From Auanema rhodensis (lineage: Eukaryota > Animalia > Nematoda): a DNA stretch of 64,000 nucleotides. The notes beneath the pieces are model-generated. The model was not told where the DNA came from, searched no databases, and saw nothing but the letters and a program-made list of their open reading frames with translations. The number at the start of each line of letters is the position of its first letter. Within the stretch, counting starts at the first letter, position 1. The stretch is taken from the NCBI GenBank assembly GCA_964057225.1, contig OZ059900.1, positions 23,002,001-23,066,000 of the forward strand, given 5' to 3'. Both the position numbers and the translations under genes were made by a program. Shown here one piece after another: positions 23,460 through 38,400 of this stretch.

Positions 23460-26400
23460 TTTCCCATGAGAAATATTTTATTATGCTGGAAAACCAGTTT
23501 TTGGAAATTTCGCTGTAAACAAGGTTTTGACTTACGATTTCATGTGTTCAAACTCATGCAATGTCAATGAAACCTAGCTCAAAATTGTTCCTACAACGTC
23601 TAATTCCACTTTCACGACAAAAAAACAGGGGTTAGAAAATTAAGGAAATTAGCATATTCTGAGGGCACGCCCCTTATGGCTAATATTGATTAAATCGATT
23701 TTTGTTCATATGAGTCGTCAAATGCAACGAATTTCAGCGTGTTACATACTAAAATGAAGCATTTTACATGCTGAACACTAGAAAAATACAAAAACACAGT
23801 ATTTCCCATAAGAAATATTTTATTATGCTGGAAAACCAGTTTTTGGAAATTTCGCTGTAAACAAGGTTTTGACTTACGATTTCATGTGTTCAAACTCATG
23901 CAATGTCAATGAAACCTAGCTCAAAACTGTTCGTACAACGTCTAGTTCCACTTTCACGACAAAAAAACAGGGGTTAGAAAATTTAGGAAATTAGCATATT
24001 CTGAGGGCACGCCCCTTATGGCTAATATTGATTAAATCGATTTTTGTTCATATGAGTCGTCAAATGCAACAAATTTCAGCGTGTTACATACTAAAATGAA
24101 GTATTTTACATGCTGAACACTAGAAAAATACAAAAACACTGTATTTCCCATAAGAAATATTTTATTATGCTGGAAAACCAGTTTTTGGAAATTTCGCTGT
24201 AAACAAGGTTTTGACTTACGATTTCATATGTTCAAACTCATGCAATGTCAATGAAACCTAGCTCAAAATTGTTCGTACAACGTCTAGTTCCACTTTCACG
24301 ACAAAAAAACAGGGGTTAGAAAATTTAGGAAATTAGCATATTCTGAGGGCACGCCCCTTATGGCTAATATTGATTAAATCGATTTTTGTTCATATGAGTC
24401 GTCAAATGCAACGAATTTCAGCGTGTTACATACTAAAATGAAGTATTTTACATGCTGAACACTAGAAAAATACAAAAACACAGTATTTCCCATGAGAAAT
24501 ATTTTATTATGCTGGAAAACCAGTTTTTGGAAATTTCGCTGTAAACAAGGTTTTGACTTACGATTTCATGTGTTCAAACTCATGCAATGTCAATGAAACC
24601 TAGCTCAAAATTGTTCCTACAACGTCTAATTCCACTTTCACGACAAAAAAACAGGGGTTAGAAAATTAAGGAAATTAGCATATTCTGAGGGCACGCCCCT
24701 TATGGCTAATATTGATTAAATCGATTTTTGTTCATATGAGTCGTCAAATGCAACGAATTTCAGCGTGTTACATACTAAAATAAAGCATTTTACATGCTGA
24801 ACACTAGAAAAATACAAAAACACAGTATTTCCCATAAGAAATATTTTATTATGCTGGAAAACCAGTTTTTGGAAATTTCGCTGTAAACAAGGTTTTGACT
24901 TACGATTTCATGTGTTCAAACTCATGCAATGTCAATGAAACCTAGCTCAAAACTGTTCGTACAACGTCTAGTTCCACTTTCACGACAAAAAAACAGGGGT
25001 TAGAAAATTTAGGAAATTAGCATATTCTGAGGGCACGCCCCTTATGGCTAATATTGATTAAATCGATTTTTGTTCATATGAGTCGTCAAATGCAACAAAT
25101 TTCAGCGTGTTACATACTAAAATGAAGTATTTTACATGCTGAACACTAGAAAAATACAAAAACACTGTATTTCCCATAAGAAATATTTTATTATGCTGGA
25201 AAACCAGTTTTTGGAAATTTCGCTGTAAACAAGGTTTTGACTTACGATTTCATATGTTCAAACTCATGCAATGTCAATGAAACCTAGCTCAAAATTGTTC
25301 GTACAACGTCTAGTTCCACTTTCACGACAAAAAAACAGGGGTTAGAAAATTTAGGAAATTAGCATATTCTGAGGGCACGCCCCTTATGGCTAATATTGAT
25401 TAAATCGATTTTTGTTCATATGAGTCGTCAAATGCAACGAATTTCAGCGTGTTACATACTAAAATGAAGTATTTTACATGCTGAACACTAGAAAAATACA
25501 AAAACACAGTATTTCCCATGAGAAATATTTTATTATGCTGGAAAACCAGTTTTTGGAAATTTCGCTGTAAACAAGGTTTTGACTTACGATTTCATGTGTT
25601 CAAACTCATGCAATGTCAATGAAACCTAGCTCAAAATTGTTCCTACAACGTCTAATTCCACTTTCACGACAAAAAAACAGGGGTTAGAAAATTAAGGAAA
25701 TTAGCATATTCTGAGGGCACGCCCCTTATGGCTAATATTGATTAAATCGATTTTTGTTCATATGAGTCGTCAAATGCAACGAATTTCAGCGTGTTACATA
25801 CTAAAATGAAGCATTTTACATGCTGAACACTAGAAAAATACAAAAACACAGTATTTCCCATAAGAAATATTTTATTATGCTGGAAAACCAGTTTTTGGAA
25901 ATTTCGCTGTAAACAAGGTTTTGACTTACGATTTCATGTGTTCAAACTCATGCAATGTCAATGAAACCTAGCTCAAAACTGTTCGTACAACGTCTAGTTC
26001 CACTTTCACGACAAAAAAACAGGGGTTAGAAAATTTAGGAAATTAGCATATTCTGAGGGCACGCCCCTTATGGCTAATATTGATTAAATCGATTTTTGTT
26101 CATATGAGTCGTCAAATGCAACAAATTTCAGCGTGTTACATACTAAAATGAAGCATTTTACAAGCTGAACACTAGAAAAATACAAAAACACAGTTTTTCC
26201 CATGAGAAATATTTTATTATGCTGGAAAACCAGTTTTTGGAAATTTCGCTGTAAACAAGGTTTTGACTTACGATTTCATGTGTTCAAACTCATGCAATGT
26301 CAATGAAACCTAGCTCAAAATTGTTCGTACAACGTCTAGTTCCACTTTCACGACAAAAAAACAGGGGTTAGAAAATTTAGGAAATTAGCATATTCTGAGG

Positions 26401-26880
26401 GCACGCCCCTTATGGCTAATATTGATTAAATCGATTTTTGTTCATATGAGTCGTCAAATGCAACGAATTTCAGCGTGTTACATACTAAAATAAAGTATTT
26501 TACATGCTGAACACTAGAAAAATACAAAAACACAGTATTTCCCATGAGAAATATTTTATTATGCTGGAAAACCAGTTTTTGGAAATTTCGCTGTAAACAA
26601 GGTTTTGACTTACGATTTCATGTGTTCAAACTCATGCAATGTCAATGAAACCTAGCTCAAAATTGTTCCTACAACGTCTAATTCCACTTTCACGACAAAA
26701 AAACAGGGGTTAGAAAATTAAGGAAATTAGCATATTCTGAGGGCACGCCCCTTATGGCTAATATTGATTAAATCGATTTTTGTTCATATGAGTCGTCAAA
26801 TGCAACGAATTTCAGCGTGTTACATACTAAAATGAAGTATTTTACATGCTGAACACTAGAAAAATACAAAAACACAGTAT
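23460..26880. repeat. Array B local trimeric HOR (1026 bp)
   Basis: CCTACAACGTCTAATT occurs at 23590, 24616, 25642 and 26668; CACTGTAT occurs at 24137 and 25163. Confidence 0.85.
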
Positions 26881-27903
26881 TTCCCATGAGAAATATTTTA
26901 TTATGCTGGAAAACCAGTTTTTGGAAATTTCGCGGTAAACAAGGTTTTGACTTACGATTTCATGTGTTCAAACTCATGCAATGTCAATGAAACCTAGCTC
27001 AAAATTGTTCCTACAACGTCTAGTTCCACTTTCACGACAAAAAACAGGGGTTAGAAAATTAAGGAAATTAGCATATTCTGAGGGCACGCCCCTTATGGCT
27101 TATATTGATTAAATCGATTTTTGTTCATATGAGTCGTCAAATGCAACGAATTTCAGCGTGTTACATACTAAAATGAAGTATTTTACATGCTGAACACTAG
27201 AAAAATACAAAAACACAGTATTTCCCATGAGAAATATTTTATTATGCTGGAAAACCAGTTTTTGGAAATTTCGCTGTAAACAAGGTTTTGACTTACGATT
27301 TCATGTGTTCAAACTCATGCAATGTCAATGAAACCTAGCTCAAAATTGTTCCTACAACGTCTAGTTCCACTTTCACGACAAAAAACAGGGGTTAGAAAAT
27401 TAAGGAAATTAGCATATTCTGAGGGCACGCCCCTTATGGCTAATATTGATTAAATCGATTTTTGTTCATATGAGTCGTCAAATGCAACGAATTTCAGCGT
27501 GTTACATACTAAAATGAAGCATTTTACATGCTGAACACTAGAAAAATACAAAAACACAGTATTTCCCATGAGAAATATTTTATTATGCTGGAAAACCAGT
27601 TTTTGGAAATTTCGCTGTAAACAAGGTTTTGACTTACGATTTCATGTGTTCAAACTCATGCAATGTCAATGAAACCTAGCTCAAAATTGTTTGTATAACG
27701 TCTAGTTCCACTTTCACGACAAAAAAACAGGGGTTAGAAAATTAAGGAAATTAGCATATTCTGAGGGCACGCCCCTTATGGCTAATATTGATTAAATCGA
27801 TTTTTGTTCATATGAGTCGTCAAATGCAACGAATTTCAGCGTGTTACATACTAAAATGAAGCATTTTACATGCTGAACACTAGAAAAATACAAAAACACA
27901 GTA

Positions 27904-30900
27904 TTTCCCATGAGAAATATTTTATTATGCTGGAAAACCAGTTTTTGGAAATTTCGCTGTAAACAAGGTTTTGACTTACGATTTCATGTGTTCAAACTCA
28001 TGCAATGTCAATGAAACCTAGCTCAAAATTGTTCGTACGACGTCTAGTTCCACTTTCACGACAAAAAAACAGGGGTTAGAAAATTAAGGAAATTAGCATA
28101 TTCTGAGGGCACGCCCCTTATGACTAATATTGATTAAATCGATTTTTGTTCATATGAGTCGTCAAATGCAACGAATTTTAGCGTGTTACATACTAAAATG
28201 AAGCATTTTACATGCTGAACACTAGAAAAATACAAAAACGCAGTATTTCCCATGAGAAATATTTTATTATGCTGGAAAACCAGTTTTTGGAAATTTCGCT
28301 GTAAACAAGGTTTTGACTTACGATTTCATGTGTTCAAACTCATGCAATGTCAATGAAACCTAGCTCAAAATTGTTCGTACAACGTCTAGTTCCACTTTCA
28401 CGACAAAAAAACAGGGGTTAGAAAATTAAGGAAATTAGCATATTCTGAGGGCACGCCCCTTATGGCTAATATTGATTAAATCGATTTTTGTTCATATGAG
28501 TCGTCAAATGCAACGAATTTTAGCGTGTTACATACTAAAATGAAGCATTTTACATGCTGAACACTAGAAAAATACAAAAACACAGTATTTCCCATGAGAA
28601 ATATTTTATTATGCTGGAAAACCAGTTTTTGGAAATTTCGCTGTAAACAAGGTTTTGACTTACGATTTCATGTGTTCAAACTCATGCAATGTCAATGAAA
28701 CCTAGCTCAAAATTGTTCGTACAACGTCTAGTTCCACTTTCACGACAAAAAAACAGGGGTTAGAAAATTAAGGAAATTAGCATATTCTGAGGGCACGCCC
28801 CTTATGGCTAATATTGATTAAATCGATTTTTGTTCATATGAGTCGTCAAATGCAACGAATTTCAGCGTGTTACATACTAAAATGAAGCATTTTACATGCT
28901 GAACACTAGAAAAATACAAAAACACAGTATTTCCCATGAGAAATATTTTATTATGCTGGAAAACCAGTTTTTGGAAATTTCGCTGTAAACAAGGTTTTGA
29001 CTTACGATTTCATGTGTTCAAACTCATGCAATGTCAATGAAACCTAGCTCAAAATTGTTTGTACAACGTCTAGTTCCAGTTTCACGACAAAAAAAACAAG
29101 GGTTAGAAAATTAAGGAAATTAGCATATTCTGAGGGCACGCCCGTTATGGCTAATATTGATTAAATCGATTTTTGTTCATATGAGTCGTCAAATGCAACG
29201 AATTTCAGCGTGTTACATACTAAAATGAAGCATTTTACATGCTGAACACTAGAAAAATACAAAAACACAGTATTTCCCATGAGAAATATTTTATTATGCT
29301 GGAAAACCAGTTTTTGGTAATTTCGCTGTAAACAAGGTTTTGACTTACGATTTCATGTGTTCAAACTCATGCAATGTCAATGAAACCTAGCTCAAAATTG
29401 TTCGTACAACGTCTAGTTCCACTTTCACGACAAAAAAACAGGGGTTAGAAAATTAGGGAAATTAGCATATTCTGAGGGCACGCCCCTTATGGCTAATATT
29501 GATTAAATCGATTTTTGTTCATATGAGTCGTCAAATGCAACGAATTTCAGCGTGTTACATACTAAAATGAAGCATTTTACATGCTGAACACTAGAAAAAT
29601 ACAAAAACACAGTATTTCCCATGAGAAATATTTTATTATGCTGGAAAACCAGTTTTTGGAAATTTCGCTGTAAACAAGGTTTTGACTTACGATTTCATGT
29701 GTTCAAACTCATGCAATGTCAATGAAACCTAGCTCAAAATTGTTCCTACAACGTCTATTTCCACTTTCACGACAAAAAAACAGGGGTTAGAAAATTAAGG
29801 AAATTAGCATATTCTGAGGGCACGCCCCTTATGGCTAATATTGATTAAATCGATTTTTGTTCATATGAGTCGTCAAATGCAACGAATTTCAGCGTGTTAC
29901 ATACTAAAATGAAGCATTTTACATGCTGAACACTAGAAAAATACAAAAACACAGTATTTCCCATAAGAAATATTTTATTATGCTGGAAAACCAGTTTTTG
30001 GAAATTTCGCTGTAAACAAGGTTTTGACTTACGATTTCATGTGTTCAAACTCATGCAATGTCAATGAAACCTAGCTCAAAATTGTTCGTACAACGTCTAG
30101 TTCCACTTTCACGACAAAAAAACAGGGGTTAGAAAATTAAGGAAATTAGCATATTCTGAGGGCACGCCCCTTATGGCTAATATTGATTAAATCGATTTTT
30201 GTTCATATGAGTCGTCAAATGCAACAAATTTCAGCGTGTTACATACTAAAATGAAGCATTTTACAAGCTGAACACTAGAAAAATACAAAAACACAGTTTT
30301 TCCCATGAGAAATATTTTATTATGCTGGAAAACCAGTTTTTGGAAATTTCGCTGTAAACAAGGTTTTGACTTACGATTTCATGTGTTCAAACTCATGCAA
30401 TGTCAATGAAACCTAGCTCAAAATTGTTCGTACAACGTCTAGTTCCACTTTCACGACAAAAAAACAGGGGTTAGAAAATTAAGGAAATTAGCATATTCTG
30501 AGGGCACGCCCCTTATGGCTAATATTGATTAAATCGATTTTTGTTCATATGAGTCGTCAAATGCAACAAATTTCAGCGTGTTACATACTAAAATGAAGCA
30601 TTTTACAAGCTGAACACTAGAAAAATACAAAAACACAGTTTTTCCCATGAGAAATATTTTATTATGCTGGAAAACCAGTTTTTGGAAATTTCGCTGTAAA
30701 CAAGGTTTTGACTTACGATTTCATGTGTTCAAACTCATGCAATGTCAATGAAACCTAGCTCAAAATTGTTCGTACGACGTCTAGTTCCACTTTCACGACA
30801 AAAAAACAGGGGTTAGAAAATTAAGGAAATTAGCATATTCTGAGGGCACGCCCCTTATGACTAATATTGATTAAATCGATTTTTGTTCATATGAGTCGTC

Positions 30901-33900
30901 AAATGCAACGAATTTTAGCGTGTTACATACTAAAATGAAGCATTTTACATGCTGAACACTAGAAAAATACAAAAACGCAGTATTTCCCATGAGAAATATT
31001 TTATTATGCTGGAAAACCAGTTTTTGGAAATTTCGCTGTAAACAAGGTTTTGACTTACGATTTCATGTGTTCAAACTCATGCAATGTCAATGAAACCTAG
31101 CTCAAAATTGTTCGTACAACGTCTAGTTCCACTTTCACGACAAAAAAACAGGGGTTAGAAAATTAAGGAAATTAGCATATTCTGAGGGCACGCCCCTTAT
31201 GGCTAATATTGATTAAATCGATTTTTGTTCATATGAGTCGTCAAATGCAACGAATTTCAGCGTGTTACATACTAAAATGAAGCATTTTACATGCTGAACA
31301 CTAGAAAAATACAAAAACACAGTATTTCCCATGAGAAATATTTTATTATGCTGGAAAACCAGTTTTTGGTAATTTCGCTGTAAACAAGGTTTTGACTTAC
31401 GATTTCATGTGTTCAAACTCATGCAATGTCAATGAAACCTAGCTCAAAATTGTTCGTACAACGTCTAGTTCCACTTTCACGACAAAAAAACAGGGGTTAG
31501 AAAATTAGGGAAATTAGCATATTCTGAGGGCACGCCCCTTATGGCTAATATTGATTAAATCGATTTTTGTTCATATGAGTCGTCAAATGCAACGAATTTC
31601 AGCGTGTTACATACTAAAATGAAGCATTTTACATGCTGAACACTAGAAAAATACAAAAACACAGTATTTCCCATGAGAAATATTTTATTATGCTGGAAAA
31701 CCAGTTTTTGGAAATTTCGCTGTAAACAAGGTTTTGACTTACGATTTCATGTGTTCAAACTCATGCAATGTCAATGAAACCTAGCTCAAAATTGTTCCTA
31801 CAACGTCTATTTCCACTTTCACGACAAAAAAACAGGGGTTAGAAAATTAAGGAAATTAGCATATTCTGAGGGCACGCCCCTTATGGCTAATATTGATTAA
31901 ATCGATTTTTGTTCATATGAGTCGTCAAATGCAACGAATTTCAGCGTGTTACATACTAAAATGAAGCATTTTACATGCTGAACACTAGAAAAATACAAAA
32001 ACACAGTATTTCCCATAAGAAATATTTTATTATGCTGGAAAACCAGTTTTTGGAAATTTCGCTGTAAACAAGGTTTTGACTTACGATTTCATGTGTTCAA
32101 ACTCATGCAATGTCAATGAAACCTAGCTCAAAATTGTTCGTACAACGTCTAGTTCCACTTTCACGACAAAAAAACAGGGGTTAGAAAATTAAGGAAATTA
32201 GCATATTCTGAGGGCACGCCCCTTATGGCTAATATTGATTAAATCGATTTTTGTTCATATGAGTCGTCAAATGCAACAAATTTCAGCGTGTTACATACTA
32301 AAATGAAGCATTTTACAAGCTGAACACTAGAAAAATACAAAAACACAGTTTTTCCCATGAGAAATATTTTATTATGCTGGAAAACCAGTTTTTGGAAATT
32401 TCGCTGTAAACAAGGTTTTGACTTACGATTTCATGTGTTCAAACTCATGCAATGTCAATGAAACCTAGCTCAAAATTGTTCGTACAACGTCTAGTTCCAC
32501 TTTCACGACAAAAAAACAGGGGTTAGAAAATTAAGGAAATTAGCATATTCTGAGGGCACGCCCCTTATGGCTAATATTGATTAAATCGATTTTTGTTCAT
32601 ATGAGTCGTCAAATGCAACAAATTTCAGCGTGTTACATACTAAAATGAAGCATTTTACAAGCTGAACACTAGAAAAATACAAAAACACAGTTTTTCCCAT
32701 GAGAAATATTTTATTATGCTGGAAAACCAGTTTTTGGAAATTTCGCTGTAAACAAGGTTTTGACTTACGATTTCATGTGTTCAAACTCATGCAATGTCAA
32801 TGAAACCTAGCTCAAAATTGTTCGTACGACGTCTAGTTCCACTTTCACGACAAAAAAACAGGGGTTAGAAAATTAAGGAAATTAGCATATTCTGAGGGCA
32901 CGCCCCTTATGACTAATATTGATTAAATCGATTTTTGTTCATATGAGTCGTCAAATGCAACGAATTTTAGCGTGTTACATACTAAAATGAAGCATTTTAC
33001 ATGCTGAACACTAGAAAAATACAAAAACGCAGTATTTCCCATGAGAAATATTTTATTATGCTGGAAAACCAGTTTTTGGAAATTTCGCTGTAAACAAGGT
33101 TTTGACTTACGATTTCATGTGTTCAAACTCATGCAATGTCAATGAAACCTAGCTCAAAATTGTTCGTACAACGTCTAGTTCCACTTTCACGACAAAAAAA
33201 CAGGGGTTAGAAAATTAAGGAAATTAGCATATTCTGAGGGCACGCCCCTTATGGCTAATATTGATTAAATCGATTTTTGTTCATATGAGTCGTCAAATGC
33301 AACGAATTTTAGCGTGTTACATACTAAAATGAAGCATTTTACATGCTGAACACTAGAAAAATACAAAAACACAGTATTTCCCATGAGAAATATTTTATTA
33401 TGCTGGAAAACCAGTTTTTGGAAATTTCGCTGTAAACAAGGTTTTGACTTACGATTTCATGTGTTCAAACTCATGCAATGTCAATGAAACCTAGCTCAAA
33501 ATTGTTCGTACAACGTCTAGTTCCACTTTCACGACAAAAAAACAGGGGTTAGAAAATTAAGGAAATTAGCATATTCTGAGGGCACGCCCCTTATGGCTAA
33601 TATTGATTAAATCGATTTTTGTTCATATGAGTCGTCAAATGCAACGAATTTCAGCGTGTTACATACTAAAATGAAGCATTTTACATGCTGAACACTAGAA
33701 AAATACAAAAACACAGTATTTCCCATGAGAAATATTTTATTATGCTGGAAAACCAGTTTTTGGAAATTTCGCTGTAAACAAGGTTTTGACTTACGATTTC
33801 ATGTGTTCAAACTCATGCAATGTCAATGAAACCTAGCTCAAAATTGTTTGTACAACGTCTAGTTCCAGTTTCACGACAAAAAAAACAAGGGTTAGAAAAT

Positions 33901-35430
33901 TAAGGAAATTAGCATATTCTGAGGGCACGCCCGTTATGGCTAATATTGATTAAATCGATTTTTGTTCATATGAGTCGTCAAATGCAACGAATTTCAGCGT
34001 GTTACATACTAAAATGAAGCATTTTACATGCTGAACACTAGAAAAATACAAAAACACAGTATTTCCCATGAGAAATATTTTATTATGCTGGAAAACCAGT
34101 TTTTGGTAATTTCGCTGTAAACAAGGTTTTGACTTACGATTTCATGTGTTCAAACTCATGCAATGTCAATGAAACCTAGCTCAAAATTGTTCGTACAACG
34201 TCTAGTTCCACTTTCACGACAAAAAAACAGGGGTTAGAAAATTAAGGAAATTAGCATATTCTGAGGGCACGCCCCTTATGGCTAATATTGATTAAATCGA
34301 TTTTTGTTCATATGAGTCGTCAAATGCAACGAATTTCAGCGTGTTACATACTAAAATGAAGCATTTTACATGCTGAACACTAGAAAAATACAAAAACACA
34401 GTATTTCCCATGAGAAATATTTTATTATGCTGGAAAACCAGTTTTTGGAAATTTCGCTGTAAACAAGGTTTTGACTTACGATTTCATGTGTTCAAACTCA
34501 TGCAATGTCAATGAAACCTAGCTCAAAATTGTTCCTACAACGTCTAATTCCACTTTCACGACAAAAAAACAGGGGTTAGAAAATTAAGGAAATTAGCATA
34601 TTCTGAGGGCACGCCCCTTATGGCTAATATTGATTAAATCGATTTTTGTTCATATGAGTCGTCAAATGCAACGAATTTCAGCGTGTTACATACTAAAATG
34701 AAGCATTTTACATGCTGAACACTAGAAAAATACAAAAACACAGTATTTCCCATAAGAAATATTTTATTATGCTGGAAAACCAGTTTTTGGAAATTTCGCT
34801 GTAAACAAGGTTTTGACTTACGATTTCATGTGTTCAAACTCATGCAATGTCAATGAAACCTAGCTCAAAATTGTTCGTACAACGTCTAGTTCCACTTTCA
34901 CGACAAAAAAACAGGGGTTAGAAAATTAAGGAAATTAGCATATTCTGAGGGCACGCCCCTTATGGCTAATATTGATTAAATCGATTTTTGTTCATATGAG
35001 TCGTCAAATGCAACAAATTTCAGCGTGTTACATACTAAAATGAAGCATTTTACAAGCTGAACACTAGAAAAATACAAAAACACAGTTTTTCCCATGAGAA
35101 ATATTTTATTATGCTGGAAAACCAGTTTTTGGAAATTTCGCTGTAAACAAGGTTTTGACTTACGATTTCATGTGTTCAAACTCATGCAATGTCAATGAAA
35201 CCTAGCTCAAAATTGTTCGTACAACGTCTAGTTCCACTTTCACGACAAAAAAACAGGGGTTAGAAAATTTAGGAAATTAGCATATTCTGAGGGCACGCCC
35301 CTTATGGCTAATATTGATTAAATCGATTTTTGTTCATATGAGTCGTCAAATGCAACGAATTTCAGCGTGTTACATACTAAAATGAAGTATTTTACATGCT
35401 GAACACTAGAAAAATACAAAAACACAGTAT
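27904..35430. repeat. Array B HOR series: 8-mer, 6-mer, 8-mer
   Basis: GTACGAC at 28035/30772/32824 and GGTAA at 29316/31368/34105 give spacings of 2737 and 2052 bp. CCCGTT occurs only in the first and third units, 4789 bp apart. Confidence 0.85.
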
Positions 35431-38400
35431 TTCCCATGAGAAATATTTTATTATGCTGGAAAACCAGTTTTTGGAAATTTCGCTGTAAACAAGGTTTTGA
35501 CTTACGATTTCATGTGTTCAAACTCATGCAATGTCAATGAAACCTAGCTCAAAATTGTTCGTACAACGTCTAGTTCCACTTTCACGACAAAAAAACAGGG
35601 GTTAGAAAATTAAGGAAATTAGCATATTCTGAGGGCACGCCCCTTATGGCTAATATTGATTAAATCGATTTTTGTTCATATGAGTCGTCAAATGCAACAA
35701 ATTTCAGCGTGTTACATACTAAAATGAAGCATTTCACAAGCTGAACACTAGAAAAATACAAAAACACAGTTTTTCCCATGAGAAATATTTTATTATGCTG
35801 GAAAACCAGTTTTTGGAAATTTCGCTGTAAACAAGGTTTTGACTTACGATTTCATGTGTTCAAACTCATGCAATGTCAATGAAACCTAGCTCAAAATTGT
35901 TCGTACAACGTCTAGTTCCACTTTCACGACAAAAAAACAGGGGTTAGAAAATTTAGGAAATTAGCATATTCTGAGGGCACGCCCCTTATGGCTAATATTG
36001 ATTAAATCGATTTTTGTTCATATGAGTCGTCAAATGCAACGAATTTCAGCGTGTTACATACTAAAATGAAGTATTTTACATGCTGAACACTAGAAAAATA
36101 CAAAAACACAGTATTTCCCATGAGAAATATTTTATTATGCTGGAAAACCAGTTTTTGGAAATTTCGCTGTAAACAAGGTTTTGACTTACGATTTCATGTG
36201 TTCAAGCTCATGCAATGTCAATGAAACCTAGCTCAAAATTGTTCCTACAACGTCTAATTCCACTTTCACGACAAAAAAACAGGGGTTAGAAAATTAAGGA
36301 AATTAGCATATTCTGAGGGCACGCCCCTTATGGCTAATATTGATTAAATCGATTTTTGTTCATATGAGTCGTCAAATGCAACGAATTTCAGCGTGTTACA
36401 TACTAAAATGAAGCATTTTACATGCTGAACACTAGAAAAATACAAAAACACAGTATTTCCCATAAGAAATATTTTATTATGCTGGAAAACCAGTTTTTGG
36501 AAATTTCGCTGTAAACAAGGTTTTGACTTACGATTTCATATGTTCAAACTCATGCAATGTCAATGAAACCTAGCTCAAAATTGTTCGTACAACGTCTAGT
36601 TCCACTTTCACGACAAAAAAACAGGGGTTAGAAAATTAAGGAAATTAGCATATTCTGAGGGCACGCCCCTTATGGCTAATATTGATTAAATCGATTTTTG
36701 TTCATATGAGTCGTCAAATGCAACGAATTTTAGCGTGTTACATACTAAAATGAAGCATTTTACATGCTGAACACTAGAAAAATACAAAAACACAGTATTT
36801 CCCATGAGAAATATTTTATTATGCTGGAAAACCAGTTTTTGGAAATTTCGCTGTAAACAAGGTTTTGACTTACGATTTCATGTGTTCAAACTCATGCAAT
36901 GTCAATGAAACCTAGCTCAAAATTGTTCGTACAACGTCTAGTTCCACTTTCACGACAAAAAAACAGGGGTTAGAAAATTAAGGAAATTAGCATATTCTGA
37001 GGGCACGCCCCTTATGGCTAATATTGATTAAATCGATTTTTGTTCATATGAGTCGTCAAATGCAACGAATTTCAGCGTGTTACATACTAAAATGAAGCAT
37101 TTTACATGCTGAACACTAGAAAAATACAAAAACACAGTATTTCCCATGAGAAATATTTTATTATGCTGGAAAACCAGTTTTTGGAAATTTCGCTGTAAAC
37201 AAGGTTTTGACTTACGATTTCATGTGTTCAAACTCATGCAATGTCAATGAAACCTAGCTCAAAATTGTTTGTACAACGTCTAGTTCCAGTTTCACGACAA
37301 AAAAACAAGGGTTAGAAAATTAAGGAAATTAGCATATTCTGAGGGCACGCCCCTTATGGCTAATATTGATTAAATCGATTTTTGTTCATATGAGTCGTCA
37401 AATGCAACGAATTTCAGCGTGTTACATACTAAAATGAAGCATTTTACATGCTGAACACTAGAAAAATACAAAAACACAGTATTTCCCATGAAAAATATTT
37501 TATTATGCTGGAAAACCAGTTTTTGGAAATTTCGCTGTAAACAAGGTTTTGACTTACGATTTCATGTGTTCAAACTCATGCAATGTCAATGTAACCTAGC
37601 TCAAAATTGTTCGTACAACGTCTAGTTCCACTTTCACGACAAAAAAACAGGGGTTAGAAAATTAAGGAAATTAGCATATTCTGAGGGCACGCCCCTTATG
37701 GCTAATATTGATTAAATCGATTTTTGTTCATATGAGTCGTCAAATGCAACGAATTTCAGCGTGTTACATACTAAAATGAAGCATTTTACATGCTGAACAC
37801 TAGAAAAATACAAAAACACAGTATTTCCCATGAGAAATATTTTATTATGCTGGAAAACCAGTTTTTGGAAATTTCGCTGTAAACAAGGTTTTGACTTACG
37901 ATTTCATGTGTTCAAACTCATGCAATGTCAATGAAACCTAGCTCAAAATTGTTCGTACAACGTCTAGTTCCACTTTCACGACGAAAAAACAGGGGTTAGA
38001 AAATTAAGGAAATTAGCATATTCTGAGGGCACGCCCCTTATGGCTAATATTGATTAAATCGATTTTTGTTCATATGAGTCGTCAAATGCAACGAATTTCA
38101 GCGTGTTACATACTAAAATGAAGCATTTTACATGCTGAACACTAGAAAAATACAAAAACACAGTATTTCCCATGAGAAATATTTTATTATGCTGGAAAAC
38201 CAGTTTTTGGAAATTTCGCTGTAAACAAGGTTTTGACTTACGATTTCATGTGTTCAAACTCATGCAATGTCAATGAAACCTAGCTCAAAATTGTTTGTAC
38301 AACGTCTAGTTCCAGTTTCACGACAAAAAAACAAGGGTTAGAAAATTAAGGAAATTAGCATATTCTGAGGGCACGCCCCTTATGGCTAATATTGATTAAA

